From assembly GCA_965205485.1 (NCBI GenBank), contig OZ242180.1:2016001-2080000 (forward strand): DNA of 64,000 bases, given 5' to 3'. Below the pieces are notes generated by a model. That model did no database searches. It was not told the DNA's origin and saw nothing but the letters and a program-made list of their open reading frames with translations. This stretch comes from Candidatus Latescibacterota bacterium. Its GTDB lineage: Bacteria > Latescibacterota > UBA2968 > GCA-2709665. Below, piece after piece: positions 18,548 through 29,316 of the stretch (the first letter of the stretch is position 1; the number at the start of each line of letters is the position of its first letter). Both the position numbers and the translations under genes were made by a program.

Positions 18548-19585
18548 ATGGACCTCGCCGACTTCGATTATGAGCTTCCCGAGGAATTGATCGCCCAGTA
18601 CCCGGCGCCCGAGAGGGACGCCGCCCGGCTGATGGTTCTGGATCGGAAGGCAAAACGGATTGACCATGCGGTGTTCCGGTCGTTTCCGGACTTTCTCGGT
18701 CCCGGAGATTGTCTGGTCGTCAATGAGACCCGCGTTTTTCCGGCACGCCTCGCGGGGTTCCGTCCCGGCACGTGCGGGGCCGTTGAATTGTTGCTGGTTC
18801 GTTGCGATGGAGACTGCTGGGAGGTGCTCGCGCGTCCCGGCCGCAGGCTTCGGGAGGGCGCGCAGGTGGCCTTTCCGGACGTGGATCTGGTCGCGGAAGT
18901 GACCGATGTTCTCCCCTCGGGACGACGCATGGTCCGGTTCAAAGGCAGTTCACCCCTCGCGGAGGTGCTGGAAAGCCGGGGCCGCATCCCGCTTCCGCCA
19001 TACATCAGGCGGGAAGAGGAACCGGCGGACCGGGAACGATATCAGTCGGTTTACGCGCGAACCCGCGGGGCCGTGGCCGCGCCTACTGCGGGCTTGCATT
19101 TTACGTCGGATCTGCTGGACCGTATCCGTGCTTCCGGGGTGGAAATCGTCCCCGTTCTGCTCCACGTGGGCCCGGGGACGTTCAAACCCGTGGACGCGGC
19201 GGACCCGCGCCTGCACGAAATGGACGCGGAGTACTTTGAAATTCGCCCCGACGCCGCCGAAAAGGTAAACGAATGCCGTAGGAACGGAAGGCGCGTTGTC
19301 GCGGTTGGAACGACCACCGTGCGGGCGCTGGAGTCGTCGGCCTCGCGGTCGCGCGATAGCTGGACACTCGAACCCGGTTCGGGATGGACCCGGCTGTTTG
19401 TGTATCCTCCGTACCGGTTCAGGCTGATTGACGCGCTGGTGACGAACTTTCATCTTCCCCGTTCTACGTTGCTGATGCTTGTTTCGGCGTTCGCGGATCG
19501 CGCGTTCATTCTGAAGGCGTACGAAGAGGCTGTGCGGACGCGGTATCGGTTCTACAGCTACGGCGACGCGATGTTGATTCAATAG
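18548..19585 (+). CDS. queA: S-adenosylmethionine:tRNA ribosyltransferase-isomerase
   Basis: FDYELPEELIAQYP, PLPPYI, AAPTAGLHF, TNFHLPRSTL, YRFYSYGDAM. Confidence 0.97.
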   Translation: MDLADFDYELPEELIAQYPAPERDAARLMVLDRKAKRIDHAVFRSFPDFLGPGDCLVVNETRVFPARLAGFRPGTCGAVELLLVRCDGDCWEVLARPGRRLREGAQVAFPDVDLVAEVTDVLPSGRRMVRFKGSSPLAEVLESRGRIPLPPYIRREEEPADRERYQSVYARTRGAVAAPTAGLHFTSDLLDRIRASGVEIVPVLLHVGPGTFKPVDAADPRLHEMDAEYFEIRPDAAEKVNECRRNGRRVVAVGTTTVRALESSASRSRDSWTLEPGSGWTRLFVYPPYRFRLIDALVTNFHLPRSTLLMLVSAFADRAFILKAYEEAVRTRYRFYSYGDAMLIQ

Positions 19586-19594
19586 GCGGGTTAG

Positions 19595-19754
19595 CAGCCC
19601 GTTGAAAAAGTCCATCCGGGCTGCGGCCGGCCCTTGCGGTCGAAATACGGCGTTGCGCTCCCTCGCCGAATCGAGGGATGGGACTCGGTCGCGCGCCTTG
19701 TCTTCGACCACAATGGCTCGGCCTCGCCTGCAGAGCGACTTTATCAACGGACTG
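19595..19754 (+). mobile_element. MITE family 1 (IS5/IS1182-like ends), full 160-bp copy
   Basis: TIRs CAGCCCGTTGAAAAAG / CTTTATCAACGGACTG; TTAG on both flanks; near-identical inverted copy at 37528-37687. Confidence 0.85.
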
Positions 19755-19774
19755 TTAGGAAATCGTCAGGTGAT

Positions 19775-20980
19775 ATGGTTTACGCCATAGTGCTTGCCGC
19801 CGGCCGCGGTCTGCGGATGGGAGGCGGTCCGCCAAAGCAATTCATGAGCCTGGCCGGGCGTCCGATGCTCTTTCTGGCGTTGACGGCATTCGAACGCGCG
19901 GAAAGGGTCGACCGCGTGGTGGTTGTCGCGCCGGCGGACCGTGTGGATCGATGCCGGGAGGAAATCCGCTCATGGGGCATGGAAAAGGTGACCTCGGTTG
20001 TCGCCGGAGGCGAAAGGCGCCAGGATTCCGTAGCGGAAGGACTTGGGGCGGTTCCGGACAACGCCCGCGTCATTGCAGTCCATGACGGGGCGCGTCCGTT
20101 GATTCTGCCCGAACAGATCGACGCTGTCGTCGATCTGGCCCGCGAGAAGGGCTCGGCAGCAATTGGCACTCCGGTGACGGACACGGTCAAGGAGATCCGA
20201 GACGGGCGTGTTCTGCACACGCTGGACCGGTCGCGAATGTGGCGGGTTCAGACACCGCAGGCGTTTCGCGCGCCAATATTGCGTGAGGCGCATGGCGAGG
20301 CCGCGCGGACGGGGTACTCGGGCACGGACGACGCGTCGCTTGTCGAACAACTGAATGCGCCGGTTTACGTGATGCCGGGCCGGGAGGACAATCTGAAAAT
20401 CACCGCGCCGGAGGATCTGGCAATGGCGGAATCGATCCTGAGATCAAGAGCCGGGAGCGTGCCATCGAATCTGCGGGTGGGGCACGGTTACGACGTGCAC
20501 CGGCTGGTCGCCGGCCGTCCGTTGATACTTGGCGGGGTGGACGTTCCGTTCGACCGGGGTCTGCAGGGGCATTCCGACGCCGACGTGCTTTCCCACGCCG
20601 TTGTCGATGCCGTTCTGGGTGCGATGTGTCTGGGCGATATCGGCACGCATTTTCCGGACGCTGATCCTGCATACAGCGGTATTTCAAGCCTGATTCTGCT
20701 GGATCGGGTGTCGAAGCTGGCAGGCCATGCCGGGGCCGAGATCATGAACGTGGACGCAACGGTGATCGCGCAGCGTCCGAAGCTTGCGCCGTACGTCTCC
20801 GATATGCAGGGAAAGATGGCCGGGGCGCTCGGAATCGCGACGGAACGGCTGTCGGTGAAGGCAACGACAACCGAGGGCCTGGGATTTGCAGGAATGGAAA
20901 AGGGAATCGCCGCTCAGGCGGTCGCCCTGGTCGCGCTCGGGGTGGAACCCCCGCATCCGGGAAGAGGAAATGCGGGATAG
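19775..20980 (+). CDS. ispDF: Bifunctional IspD/IspF (MEP cytidylyltransferase / MEcPP synthase)
   Basis: LAAGRGLRMG...KQF...RQDSV...HDGARP...QTPQ, then RVGHGYDVH...GHSDADV...GDIGTHFP...KATTTEGLG. Confidence 0.95.
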   Translation: MVYAIVLAAGRGLRMGGGPPKQFMSLAGRPMLFLALTAFERAERVDRVVVVAPADRVDRCREEIRSWGMEKVTSVVAGGERRQDSVAEGLGAVPDNARVIAVHDGARPLILPEQIDAVVDLAREKGSAAIGTPVTDTVKEIRDGRVLHTLDRSRMWRVQTPQAFRAPILREAHGEAARTGYSGTDDASLVEQLNAPVYVMPGREDNLKITAPEDLAMAESILRSRAGSVPSNLRVGHGYDVHRLVAGRPLILGGVDVPFDRGLQGHSDADVLSHAVVDAVLGAMCLGDIGTHFPDADPAYSGISSLILLDRVSKLAGHAGAEIMNVDATVIAQRPKLAPYVSDMQGKMAGALGIATERLSVKATTTEGLGFAGMEKGIAAQAVALVALGVEPPHPGRGNAG

Positions 20981-20986
20981 GTCTCG

Positions 20987-21148
20987 GAAGCCGTTTCAAA
21001 ATTTCCTGTGAGTTCCCGAGCGCGAGCGAAAAAGTGGCGGTCAAGGCGGGAAAACCCGCCCATATTTGTCTATACGGGTGGGTTTGGCCAACGCTGACCG
21101 GCGCTTTTGCAGCCGCGCGAAGACCGCTGGGAATTTTAAAACGGCTTC
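20987..21148 (+). mobile_element. MITE family 2 (IS5-like, TNA target), 162-bp copy
   Basis: TIRs GAAGCCGTTTCAAAATT / AATTTTAAAACGGCTTC; flanks TCG/TCA; relatives at 58142-58353 and 61751-61834. Confidence 0.82.
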
Positions 21149-21163
21149 TCAAGGGAGGGCTGG

Positions 21164-21850
21164 TTGGATTTTCCGTTCGATCTTTCGTTCGTGTCTCAGG
21201 CCTGGGAGCAATTTCTGCTGATTCTGAACGATCAGCCCCCGGAGTTGATCTGTTTCTTCTTGTTTCTCGGCGCTTTTCTGGAGAATCTGATACCGCCCAT
21301 TCCCGGCGATACCCTTATCGTATTCGGCGCATATCTGGCGGGGATGGGTATTATCCACCTGGTTCCGGCGTATCTGGCGATGTGGTTGGGCAGCACTTTG
21401 GGATGTCTGCTGGTCTACGCGGTTGCGTACTGGAAGGGTCGCGCGTTCTTTCTGGGTTTCAGGTCCCGGATCTTCTCGGAGAAGAATCTGGACAGGGTGG
21501 AGGCGGGTTTTTCCCGGTACGGCGACCGGATCGTCATCTTCAACCGGTTCCTGCCAACGGTGCGCGCCTTTGTCGGAATCGTCGCCGGCATCAGCAGGAT
21601 ACACCCCGTTCGGATGCTCGTGTACGTCGTCCTCAGTACGCTGCTCTGGAACAGCCTGCTGGTGTATTTCGGTCTGAAGGTAGGCGAAAACTGGGGATTG
21701 GTGGTCGATGCGCTTCGGACCTATAACCGGGTGATACTCGTGCTGATGGCCGCCGGCGGTATCGGGTTCTGGCTGTGGCGACGAAAGAAGCGGCACGAAA
21801 GATCACGTGAATCAATAGATCCGACGCCACCCGAAACCGGGGCCTCCTGA
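21164..21850 (+). CDS. DedA family membrane protein
   Basis: FLENLIPPIPGD...G...IFNRFLPTVRAFV..VAG. Confidence 0.9.
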   Translation: MDFPFDLSFVSQAWEQFLLILNDQPPELICFFLFLGAFLENLIPPIPGDTLIVFGAYLAGMGIIHLVPAYLAMWLGSTLGCLLVYAVAYWKGRAFFLGFRSRIFSEKNLDRVEAGFSRYGDRIVIFNRFLPTVRAFVGIVAGISRIHPVRMLVYVVLSTLLWNSLLVYFGLKVGENWGLVVDALRTYNRVILVLMAAGGIGFWLWRRKKRHERSRESIDPTPPETGAS

Positions 21851-21922
21851 ACGCCTGCCCCGCATCGTTTTGTCAATGAAATGTATTACGACACCCGCCA
21901 ATTCTAATCCGGGGTTTCGTCG

Positions 21923-23026
<1,104 letters not shown>

Positions 23027-23070
23027 CCGCACAAAGCGGGTTGCGGGAACACGTCAGCGAGGAACCGTCA

Positions 23071-24483
23071 ATGTCCATTCGGTTTTACAACAGTCTGACC
23101 CGGGAAAAAGAGGAATTCAAAGAGATTGAACCGGGCAGGGTCACGTTCTACAGTTGCGGTCCTACGGTTCACGATTATTCCCACATCGGAAACTTCAAGA
23201 CGTTTATCGTCTTCGACCTGATCAAGCGCTACCTGACGTATCGCGGCTATCGGGTCGATCACGTGATGAACATCACCGACGTGGACGACAATATCATCGG
23301 GAAGGTCCGCGATGAAAAGACGACGCTGAAGGCGCTCACCGAACGGTATACGGCGGCCTTTTTCGAGGACATGGAAACGTTGAATGTGCTGCCGGCCGAT
23401 CGCTATCCGCGGGCGACGGATCACATCCCGGAAATGGTGGAGATGATCGCGCGGATGATCGAAGACGGGCATGCGTACGTACATGAAGGATCCGTCTATT
23501 TTTCGATACGGAGCTTTCCCTCGTACGGGGAACTGGCCCAACTGGATGTGTCCGGTTTACAGGCAGGCGCCAGCGGCGTGGATACCGATAAGTACGACAA
23601 GGAAGACGCGAGGGACTTCGTGCTGTGGAAGGCGTGGAAGCCGGAAGACGGTGACGTTTTCTGGAAAACGGATCTGGGAACGGGAAGGCCGGGCTGGCAC
23701 ATGGAGTGCTCGTGCATGTCCATCAAATATCTGGGGGAAACCATCGACATCCATGCCGGGGCGGTGGACCTGATTTTTCCGCACCACCAGAATGAAATCG
23801 CGCAAAGCGAGGCGGTCACGGGCAAGCGCTTCGTCAATTACTGGCTGCACGGCGCTCACATCAATGTGGATGACGAGAAGATGTCCAAGAGCCTGCGCAA
23901 TTTCCTGACGGTCCGCGATATCGTTAGTTCGCCCGATGACGCGCGTGCCTTCCGGTACCTTGTGGTGAGCAACCACTACCGAACCGCGTTCAATTTCTCA
24001 AAGGAAGTGCTCGACGCCGCAAGGAGTACCATGCGCAGGTTGGACAATTTCAGACGCAGGCTGGGCGAGGTCACGAGGTCAGGCGGCGGAGAAGACCCCG
24101 AACCCTTGATTGAAACGGCGCGTGAGGGATTCGTCAGGCACATGGATGACGATCTGAACACGCCCCGTGCGATGAGCGCCGTTTTTGGAATGGTGAATGC
24201 CGCGGAGGATTTGATCCGTGAGGGACGGTTGGACCGGGACGGCGCCCGCAGCATTGACGGCTTTCTGGATGAGATCGATCAGGTGCTGGGGGTGTTCTAT
24301 ACCACACCCGAGGATGGTGGTGAGGAGGAGCTTCCGGGCGAACTCGTGGCATTGATCGCGGAACGCGACCAGGCGAGGAAGGAGCGGAATTGGGCGCGGG
24401 CGGACGAGATTCGGGACCGGTTCGCGGAAATGGGCTATATGCTCGAGGATACACCGGAAGGGACGGTGTGGAAACGTTCCTGA
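23071..24483 (+). CDS. cysS: Cysteine--tRNA ligase
   Basis: CGPTV...HIGN, GRPGWHMECS, FPHHQNE, KMSKS. Confidence 0.96.
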   Translation: MSIRFYNSLTREKEEFKEIEPGRVTFYSCGPTVHDYSHIGNFKTFIVFDLIKRYLTYRGYRVDHVMNITDVDDNIIGKVRDEKTTLKALTERYTAAFFEDMETLNVLPADRYPRATDHIPEMVEMIARMIEDGHAYVHEGSVYFSIRSFPSYGELAQLDVSGLQAGASGVDTDKYDKEDARDFVLWKAWKPEDGDVFWKTDLGTGRPGWHMECSCMSIKYLGETIDIHAGAVDLIFPHHQNEIAQSEAVTGKRFVNYWLHGAHINVDDEKMSKSLRNFLTVRDIVSSPDDARAFRYLVVSNHYRTAFNFSKEVLDAARSTMRRLDNFRRRLGEVTRSGGGEDPEPLIETAREGFVRHMDDDLNTPRAMSAVFGMVNAAEDLIREGRLDRDGARSIDGFLDEIDQVLGVFYTTPEDGGEEELPGELVALIAERDQARKERNWARADEIRDRFAEMGYMLEDTPEGTVWKRS

Positions 24484-24560
24484 CGGACGGCGACAGGCTT
24501 CCGGGCCGCATGTGGCGTCCTTGCCTTTTACAGACACGGAATATCAGTTGGTGAACCCGG

Positions 24561-24635
24561 GCCGCCCTAGCTCAGCGGTAGAGCAACGGATTTGTAATCC
24601 GTAGGTCGGGGGTTCGAACCCCCCGGGCGGCTCCA
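24561..24635 (+). tRNA. tRNA-Thr(TGT)
   Basis: Cloverleaf GCCGCCC/GGGCGGC acceptor stem, ACGGA-TTTGTAA-TCCGT anticodon arm, GGTTCGAA T-loop, encoded CCA. Confidence 0.96.
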
Positions 24636-24684
24636 TTTTTCAGGACAACCTCGAGGCTGCCACACAACGCGTCTTGTCACCGGT

Positions 24685-25428
24685 CTAAACCGGGTCGCCG
24701 GTCACCATGTGAATCCTCTGTCCCTCCGCGAACGTGACCGGGGGCTTGTCCACCGCTTCGCCCGCGATCATCTTGTCCAGCACGTCCGCCACACCCGCAA
24801 CCGCGTGCCCGATCAGCATTTCTCCTTTCTCCTCCGTTGCCAGTTTCGCAGCCTCATTGACCATAAGCGCCGCGTGTACACGTTCCGGCGCAAGCGCCAT
24901 CATCGTCGAGGTCTCGAATTCACAGGCGTGACCGGGAAGACGATTGGCCTCCATGGTTGAAAAGACGAGCGCGGGATCGCACACGTCCCAGTACGACTGA
25001 AACCGCAGATTCAGACCCAGGCGTTCCCGGTACTCGTCTATGCGGCGCATGATCGGTTTCACGTTCCCGCCATGGCCGTTCAGAATGAGGATATTTCCGA
25101 TACCCGCCCGCCTGAGTGAATCGCACACGTCGTAAACGTACTCGCAGAAGATCTCGGGCCGCACCGTCAGGGTCCCGATATGCGCCATCCATTGCTCCGA
25201 TACGCCGATGCTTACGGGAGACGCCACCACGACCCGGGGATGTAGACGTATGGCCGCCTGTTCCGCAACGTGGGTAACGTGAAACGCATCGTGAATCATC
25301 GCCAGATGTTCATTGTGTTGTTCGGTGGCGCCGACCGGCACGATCGCCGCCTCGATCTCACCCGATTCCATTCGCTGTCGAAATTCCGTCCGGGTCAGAT
25401 CCCCTACAAATACACGCTTGTCCGCCAT
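24685..25428 (-). CDS. Creatininase/creatinine amidohydrolase family protein
   Basis: PVGATEQHNEHL...D, NGHGGN, GHACEFETS. Confidence 0.9.
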   Translation of the reverse strand: MADKRVFVGDLTRTEFRQRMESGEIEAAIVPVGATEQHNEHLAMIHDAFHVTHVAEQAAIRLHPRVVVASPVSIGVSEQWMAHIGTLTVRPEIFCEYVYDVCDSLRRAGIGNILILNGHGGNVKPIMRRIDEYRERLGLNLRFQSYWDVCDPALVFSTMEANRLPGHACEFETSTMMALAPERVHAALMVNEAAKLATEEKGEMLIGHAVAGVADVLDKMIAGEAVDKPPVTFAEGQRIHMVTGDPV

Positions 25429-25453
25429 TGGGAAACTCCTCGAAAGGTCGTTT

Positions 25454-26269
25454 CTACTGCGTATAATTTCGCCGCCAGTTCCAGCTGTCGCTGCCGGAAA
25501 TGAGCGGTCGCATTGCTTCCGGCAGGGTCGCGACGAATTCAGGGCTTACTTCATTGCCCATCCACTCCCGAATCATGGGCGGCGTGTATCCGGCAACCAG
25601 AATCACGCGCTCCCTGTCGCTCCGAATCGCGGTGGTGCTGTGGATTAGCGACTCGCCGAACAGGAGCACCGAACCAGCCCTGGCCTCGACCTGATGGATC
25701 AGCCGCTCGTCGTCCATGGCCGCCCGGATCATTTCTTCGCGCGGCCACGTGAGCCGGTGGCTGCCCGGAATCAGGCATGTGCCTCCATCGTCCGGTCCCA
25801 CGTCCGTCAGGTAGGCGAGCGTCTTCACAAAGATACAATGATACCGTTCCTGCTCCGTATAGCAACCCCACGTTGCAGTTGTTCCCCTGTGAAACCCCGT
25901 TGGATTGGTGTGTCGCCTGCGAAGCTGATCCAGGTCCGCATCCGGATCCCGCCGGTTGATGATCGCCTCCGTCTCCTCCAGCCGCACCGCGCCCCCCACC
26001 ACCTCTTCCACCAGCGGGACCAGACCCGGATGGGCCGCATATTCCAGAAGCGAGGGATCGAATTCCACCAGGTTTCCAAAAAGCACATGATGATCGCCCC
26101 TGGGACGCATGTAGACACGTGGTGCGGCCGCCGGATTGGCCTTCAGCCGGTAGAGCGCCGCCTTCATACGTTCCACCTGGTCCGGCGTCAACGCGTCTTC
26201 CAGCAGGACGTAACCGTACGTATCGAAGTGAAACCGCTGGGACAGCGTCAGGGCTGCCGTCTCGGCCAT
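25454..26269 (-). CDS. Phytanoyl-CoA dioxygenase (PhyH) family Fe/2OG oxygenase
   Basis: FDTYGYVLLEDAL, FHRG, YLTDVGPDDGGT..IPGSH, AGSVLLF...LIH; HxD appears as HRG. Confidence 0.85.
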   Translation of the reverse strand: MAETAALTLSQRFHFDTYGYVLLEDALTPDQVERMKAALYRLKANPAAAPRVYMRPRGDHHVLFGNLVEFDPSLLEYAAHPGLVPLVEEVVGGAVRLEETEAIINRRDPDADLDQLRRRHTNPTGFHRGTTATWGCYTEQERYHCIFVKTLAYLTDVGPDDGGTCLIPGSHRLTWPREEMIRAAMDDERLIHQVEARAGSVLLFGESLIHSTTAIRSDRERVILVAGYTPPMIREWMGNEVSPEFVATLPEAMRPLISGSDSWNWRRNYTQ

Positions 26270-26272
26270 GGC

Positions 26273-27508
26273 TCATTCCTTCCAATCCATTAGATCGCCG
26301 GTATTGGCTTTCACTTTCTCGATCGCTGTCACAATATCGTTCATCCCGTCGGGTTCATCCAGCAACATCGATTGGGATACATTGAAGACGCCGTCCCGGC
26401 ACGCCCACTCGCTCACCGGACAGGGCATCACGCGACACCTGCCCTGTGCTCCGGCGACCTCGCCCGTTTCCAGGTTGAACATCGGATTGTCATACAACGG
26501 ATACGAATACCCTCCGTTCGGGATTCCCTCGGCTTCGAGCGCCCTGCGAAACGTCTCTTTGGGCAGCCCGTCGAATGCGTCTCCGTTATAGGTCATCACA
26601 AACACGTGCCAGCCATGGCGCGTGACGTCGGGAGACACGTACGGCGGATCGATCCCTTCAATCTCTGACAGGCCTCGAATCAGCAGCCTGGCATTCTCCT
26701 CGCGCCTGCGGCTCTGTTCCTCCAACCGCTCGAACTGCGCCTGAAGAATGGCGCCCTGAAACTCCGTCAGCGGGTCGGAAAATCCCAGGTGGTGATGTTC
26801 GTACCAGGGCCGGCCCTTCTTCCTGCCGAACGTGGAAAGCGTATACTTGAGAAAGTCCGCGATCCCTTCGTCGTTCGTGGTTACGATCCCTCCCTCGCCG
26901 CACGTCAGATTCTTGGCGTGGTTGAAACTGTAAACCGCCACGTCGCCCAGACCGCCCAGCATCCTGCCCCGCCATCCGGACGTGTGCGCATGGGCCGCGT
27001 CCCATACGACCTTCAGCCCATGCCGGTCCGCCATCGACCGGATTCCTTCCACGTCCGCGGCGTGTCCGGCGAAGTGCACGGGAATCACGGCTTTCGTGCG
27101 CGGGGAAATTGCGCCTTCAATGGTCTCGGGGGTCGCGCATAACGTCCGGGGATCGATGTCCACAAAGACAATATCCGCGCCTGTTGCCAGGGGCGCCAGC
27201 GCCGTGGCGATGAACGTGTAGGCTGGGACGATCACTTCGTCTCCCGGTCCGACGCCGAACGCCCTCAGGGACAATTCCAGCCCGGCCGTGCAACTGCCCA
27301 TCCCCACGCCGTGCCGCGCATCCGAAAACTCCGCGAATGCATCGCAGAACGCGGTCACCCTCGGGCCGTGAATGGTGCCGCCCCAGAGGCTGGTTTCCAG
27401 GACTTCGCGCAGATGATCCAGATCGCGCCCGTCCGACTGCGGCCAGGACGGAAACGGTTCGGACCGGACGGGGGTCCCGTCCAGAAGCGCCGCCTTATCC
27501 ATCAACAC
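26273..27508 (-). CDS. DegT/DnrJ/EryC1/StrS PLP aminotransferase
   Basis: GPGDEVIVPAYTF, PVHFAG, WDAAHAH, SFNHAKNLTCGEGG. Confidence 0.92.
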   Translation of the reverse strand: MLMDKAALLDGTPVRSEPFPSWPQSDGRDLDHLREVLETSLWGGTIHGPRVTAFCDAFAEFSDARHGVGMGSCTAGLELSLRAFGVGPGDEVIVPAYTFIATALAPLATGADIVFVDIDPRTLCATPETIEGAISPRTKAVIPVHFAGHAADVEGIRSMADRHGLKVVWDAAHAHTSGWRGRMLGGLGDVAVYSFNHAKNLTCGEGGIVTTNDEGIADFLKYTLSTFGRKKGRPWYEHHHLGFSDPLTEFQGAILQAQFERLEEQSRRREENARLLIRGLSEIEGIDPPYVSPDVTRHGWHVFVMTYNGDAFDGLPKETFRRALEAEGIPNGGYSYPLYDNPMFNLETGEVAGAQGRCRVMPCPVSEWACRDGVFNVSQSMLLDEPDGMNDIVTAIEKVKANTGDLMDWKE

Positions 27509-27602
27509 CTCTTCTGACTTGATCCGATTAAGTCATCCATACGAGATTACATGGATGAACAGGATGGTCAGGATAAAATAAAAAAAGCCGAAAAACCGCA
27601 CC

Positions 27603-28706
27603 CTATGATACCCGGTAAGGGGCGAGTATTTCACCCAGCAACTCCGGCGGCCGTCCGAATGCCTCCAAAAACGCCTCATAGCTGGGCATCAGGCGCACCT
27701 TTACCTTCTCTTCGTGGTGCAGCGCGATATCCTCGAGCCGGTGATCCAGAAAAGGGTTGGCGAACCGCTCCAGGACCTGTTCCGCAAACGGTCCGGCATC
27801 TTCCACGACGTGCTCGAGCGCCGGTACGATTTCCTCGAAAACCAGGCGCCTCAACCACCGGCCGATCGCCGGGTCCTCGACCGCTTCACGAACCGTACGC
27901 AGTCCCGACGGAAGCGCCTTGCATACCAGGGCCGTATGCGAACCGTTCAGGATGCGCACCTTCCGCAATGCGTACGGCCGAACATCGGAAACGAACCGAA
28001 TGCAGGGGTGATCGAAGAGATCTCCCGCCCGCGCATCGACCACCCATAGAGCAAACGGCTCCGCCGCCGTAAGCAGCCCGTCCGCCGCCAGTAGCGGGTG
28101 CGCGTCAGGCCTGCCGCTCACGATTCGATCCACCAGCGTGTTCACCCATCGCACATCCCGGCGAATCCAATCCTGAAGCCCCGCATCCAGGCGCCAGGCT
28201 TCGGCCTGGCCAAGCACCAGTTCGCGAAGCAGATCGCCATTGGGCTCCACCAGTTCACAGGGCAACACCGTCAGGCCCGGAAGGCCGGCCTGGTAGCGGG
28301 CTTTGAGAACGCAAAGCAGCCGGGCGGGGAATGAAAGGGGTGTTTCGGAATCATCGTTGTCAATGAGCGAGTATCCGGCTTCGGTGGTATTCGAGATAAC
28401 CATGCGCAATTCCAGCGATCGGGCAACCTGAATCACCTGTGCCCATTCCGATTTCGCGATCAGCGCCCGGCTTATACTGCGAACCGCGAGCGTCCTGTCG
28501 ATACTCTCCCCTTCCGACAATCCCCTGAATACCACGTGATACCTGCCGCTCTGCGCGTTCAGCAACGCTGCGCGGTTGCCCTCCGTGGACTGCACGACGA
28601 CGATGCGCCCAACGGCCTCACCCCGCGCATTCGCCTCGTGCACGAACACGTCGGCGAACGCCCGGAGAAAACTGCCTCCCCCGAACTGCAGAATGGTCTC
28701 GGGCAT
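27603..28706 (-). CDS. uxaB: Tagaturonate reductase / altronate dehydrogenase-like (mannitol dehydrogenase family)
   Basis: ILQFGGGSFLRAF, ISNTTEAG, LPCEL..NG, TLVDRIV, KVRILNGSH, RFANPFLDH. Confidence 0.8.
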   Translation of the reverse strand: MPETILQFGGGSFLRAFADVFVHEANARGEAVGRIVVVQSTEGNRAALLNAQSGRYHVVFRGLSEGESIDRTLAVRSISRALIAKSEWAQVIQVARSLELRMVISNTTEAGYSLIDNDDSETPLSFPARLLCVLKARYQAGLPGLTVLPCELVEPNGDLLRELVLGQAEAWRLDAGLQDWIRRDVRWVNTLVDRIVSGRPDAHPLLAADGLLTAAEPFALWVVDARAGDLFDHPCIRFVSDVRPYALRKVRILNGSHTALVCKALPSGLRTVREAVEDPAIGRWLRRLVFEEIVPALEHVVEDAGPFAEQVLERFANPFLDHRLEDIALHHEEKVKVRLMPSYEAFLEAFGRPPELLGEILAPYRVS

Positions 28707-28720
28707 TTGCTCCACCACGT

Positions 28721-29120
28721 TCACTCCGTCCGGTGCGCCTCCCAATCCCTGTATGGCATGGATGAATGCATCTGCACGAACCGCCAGCACCCATTCTCAC
28801 GTCGCAGGACGACGGTCCACCGCTCGCCTTCCAGCCTGTAGCGCTGCGCACCCATTCTGCCTTCGCCGTCCCACAGGAATTGACACCAGGCCACGTTTCC
28901 CCAGGTTCCCGACACGGTGTCCCTTCGTTCGATTCGCACGTCGCACCAGCGCTCGAAGTGTCTCGACCATGTCGCCAGCACTGCGTCCCTGCCGCGCACC
29001 GGTGCGTCTCCTCCCAAGAAAAACGCGCACACGTCCTCCGCGAGGAGCTGCTCCAATGCGCGGGAATCTCCCTCCAACACGGCATCTTTCAGTGCGTCCA
29101 GCAGACTGTCGACCTCGCCG
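28721..29120 (-). CDS. SnoaL/NTF2-like protein; start codon not evident (REP hairpin at its 5' end)
   Basis: GDSRALEQLLAEDV...VRGRDAV...GNVAW...RWTVVLRRENGCWRFVQMHSS NTF2 pattern. Confidence 0.7.
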
Positions 29121-29122
29121 GA

Positions 29123-29300
29123 CCTACCCCCTGACCCCCTTCCTGAAGGAAGGGGGAACCGGGGTTCCTCGGTGTACTGTCCTTGAGAACAAGCGAAGAT
29201 GACGTTCTCCCGTCTACGAGAGTCTATTATAGTAAGGCGACAACGCAATGCTTCTCTTGTCTCCCCCTTTCCTTTAGGAGAGGGGGCTGGGGGGAGAGGT
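29123..29300. repeat. Inverted doublet of CCCC(T)CTCC...GGAGAGGG-type REP-like hairpins
   Basis: 29123-29158 (CCCCCTTCCTGAAGGAAGGGGG) and inverted 29261-29300; third copy at 52011-52052. Confidence 0.7.
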
Positions 29301-29316
29301 CTGCGTCTCGCCGCTT

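Noticed and set aside
19602..19790. Near-identical short ORFs at 19602 and 37495-37680, and N-terminal extensions of ispDF
   Set aside because: These are translations of the MITE-1 sequence, not genes
24561..24700. tRNA-Thr as integration site of a genomic island
   Set aside because: No integrase and no duplicated tRNA 3' end seen in the window
27545..27580. GGATGAACAGGATGGTCAGGAT short repeat as a regulatory site
   Set aside because: Single low-complexity instance in this window; function cannot be supported
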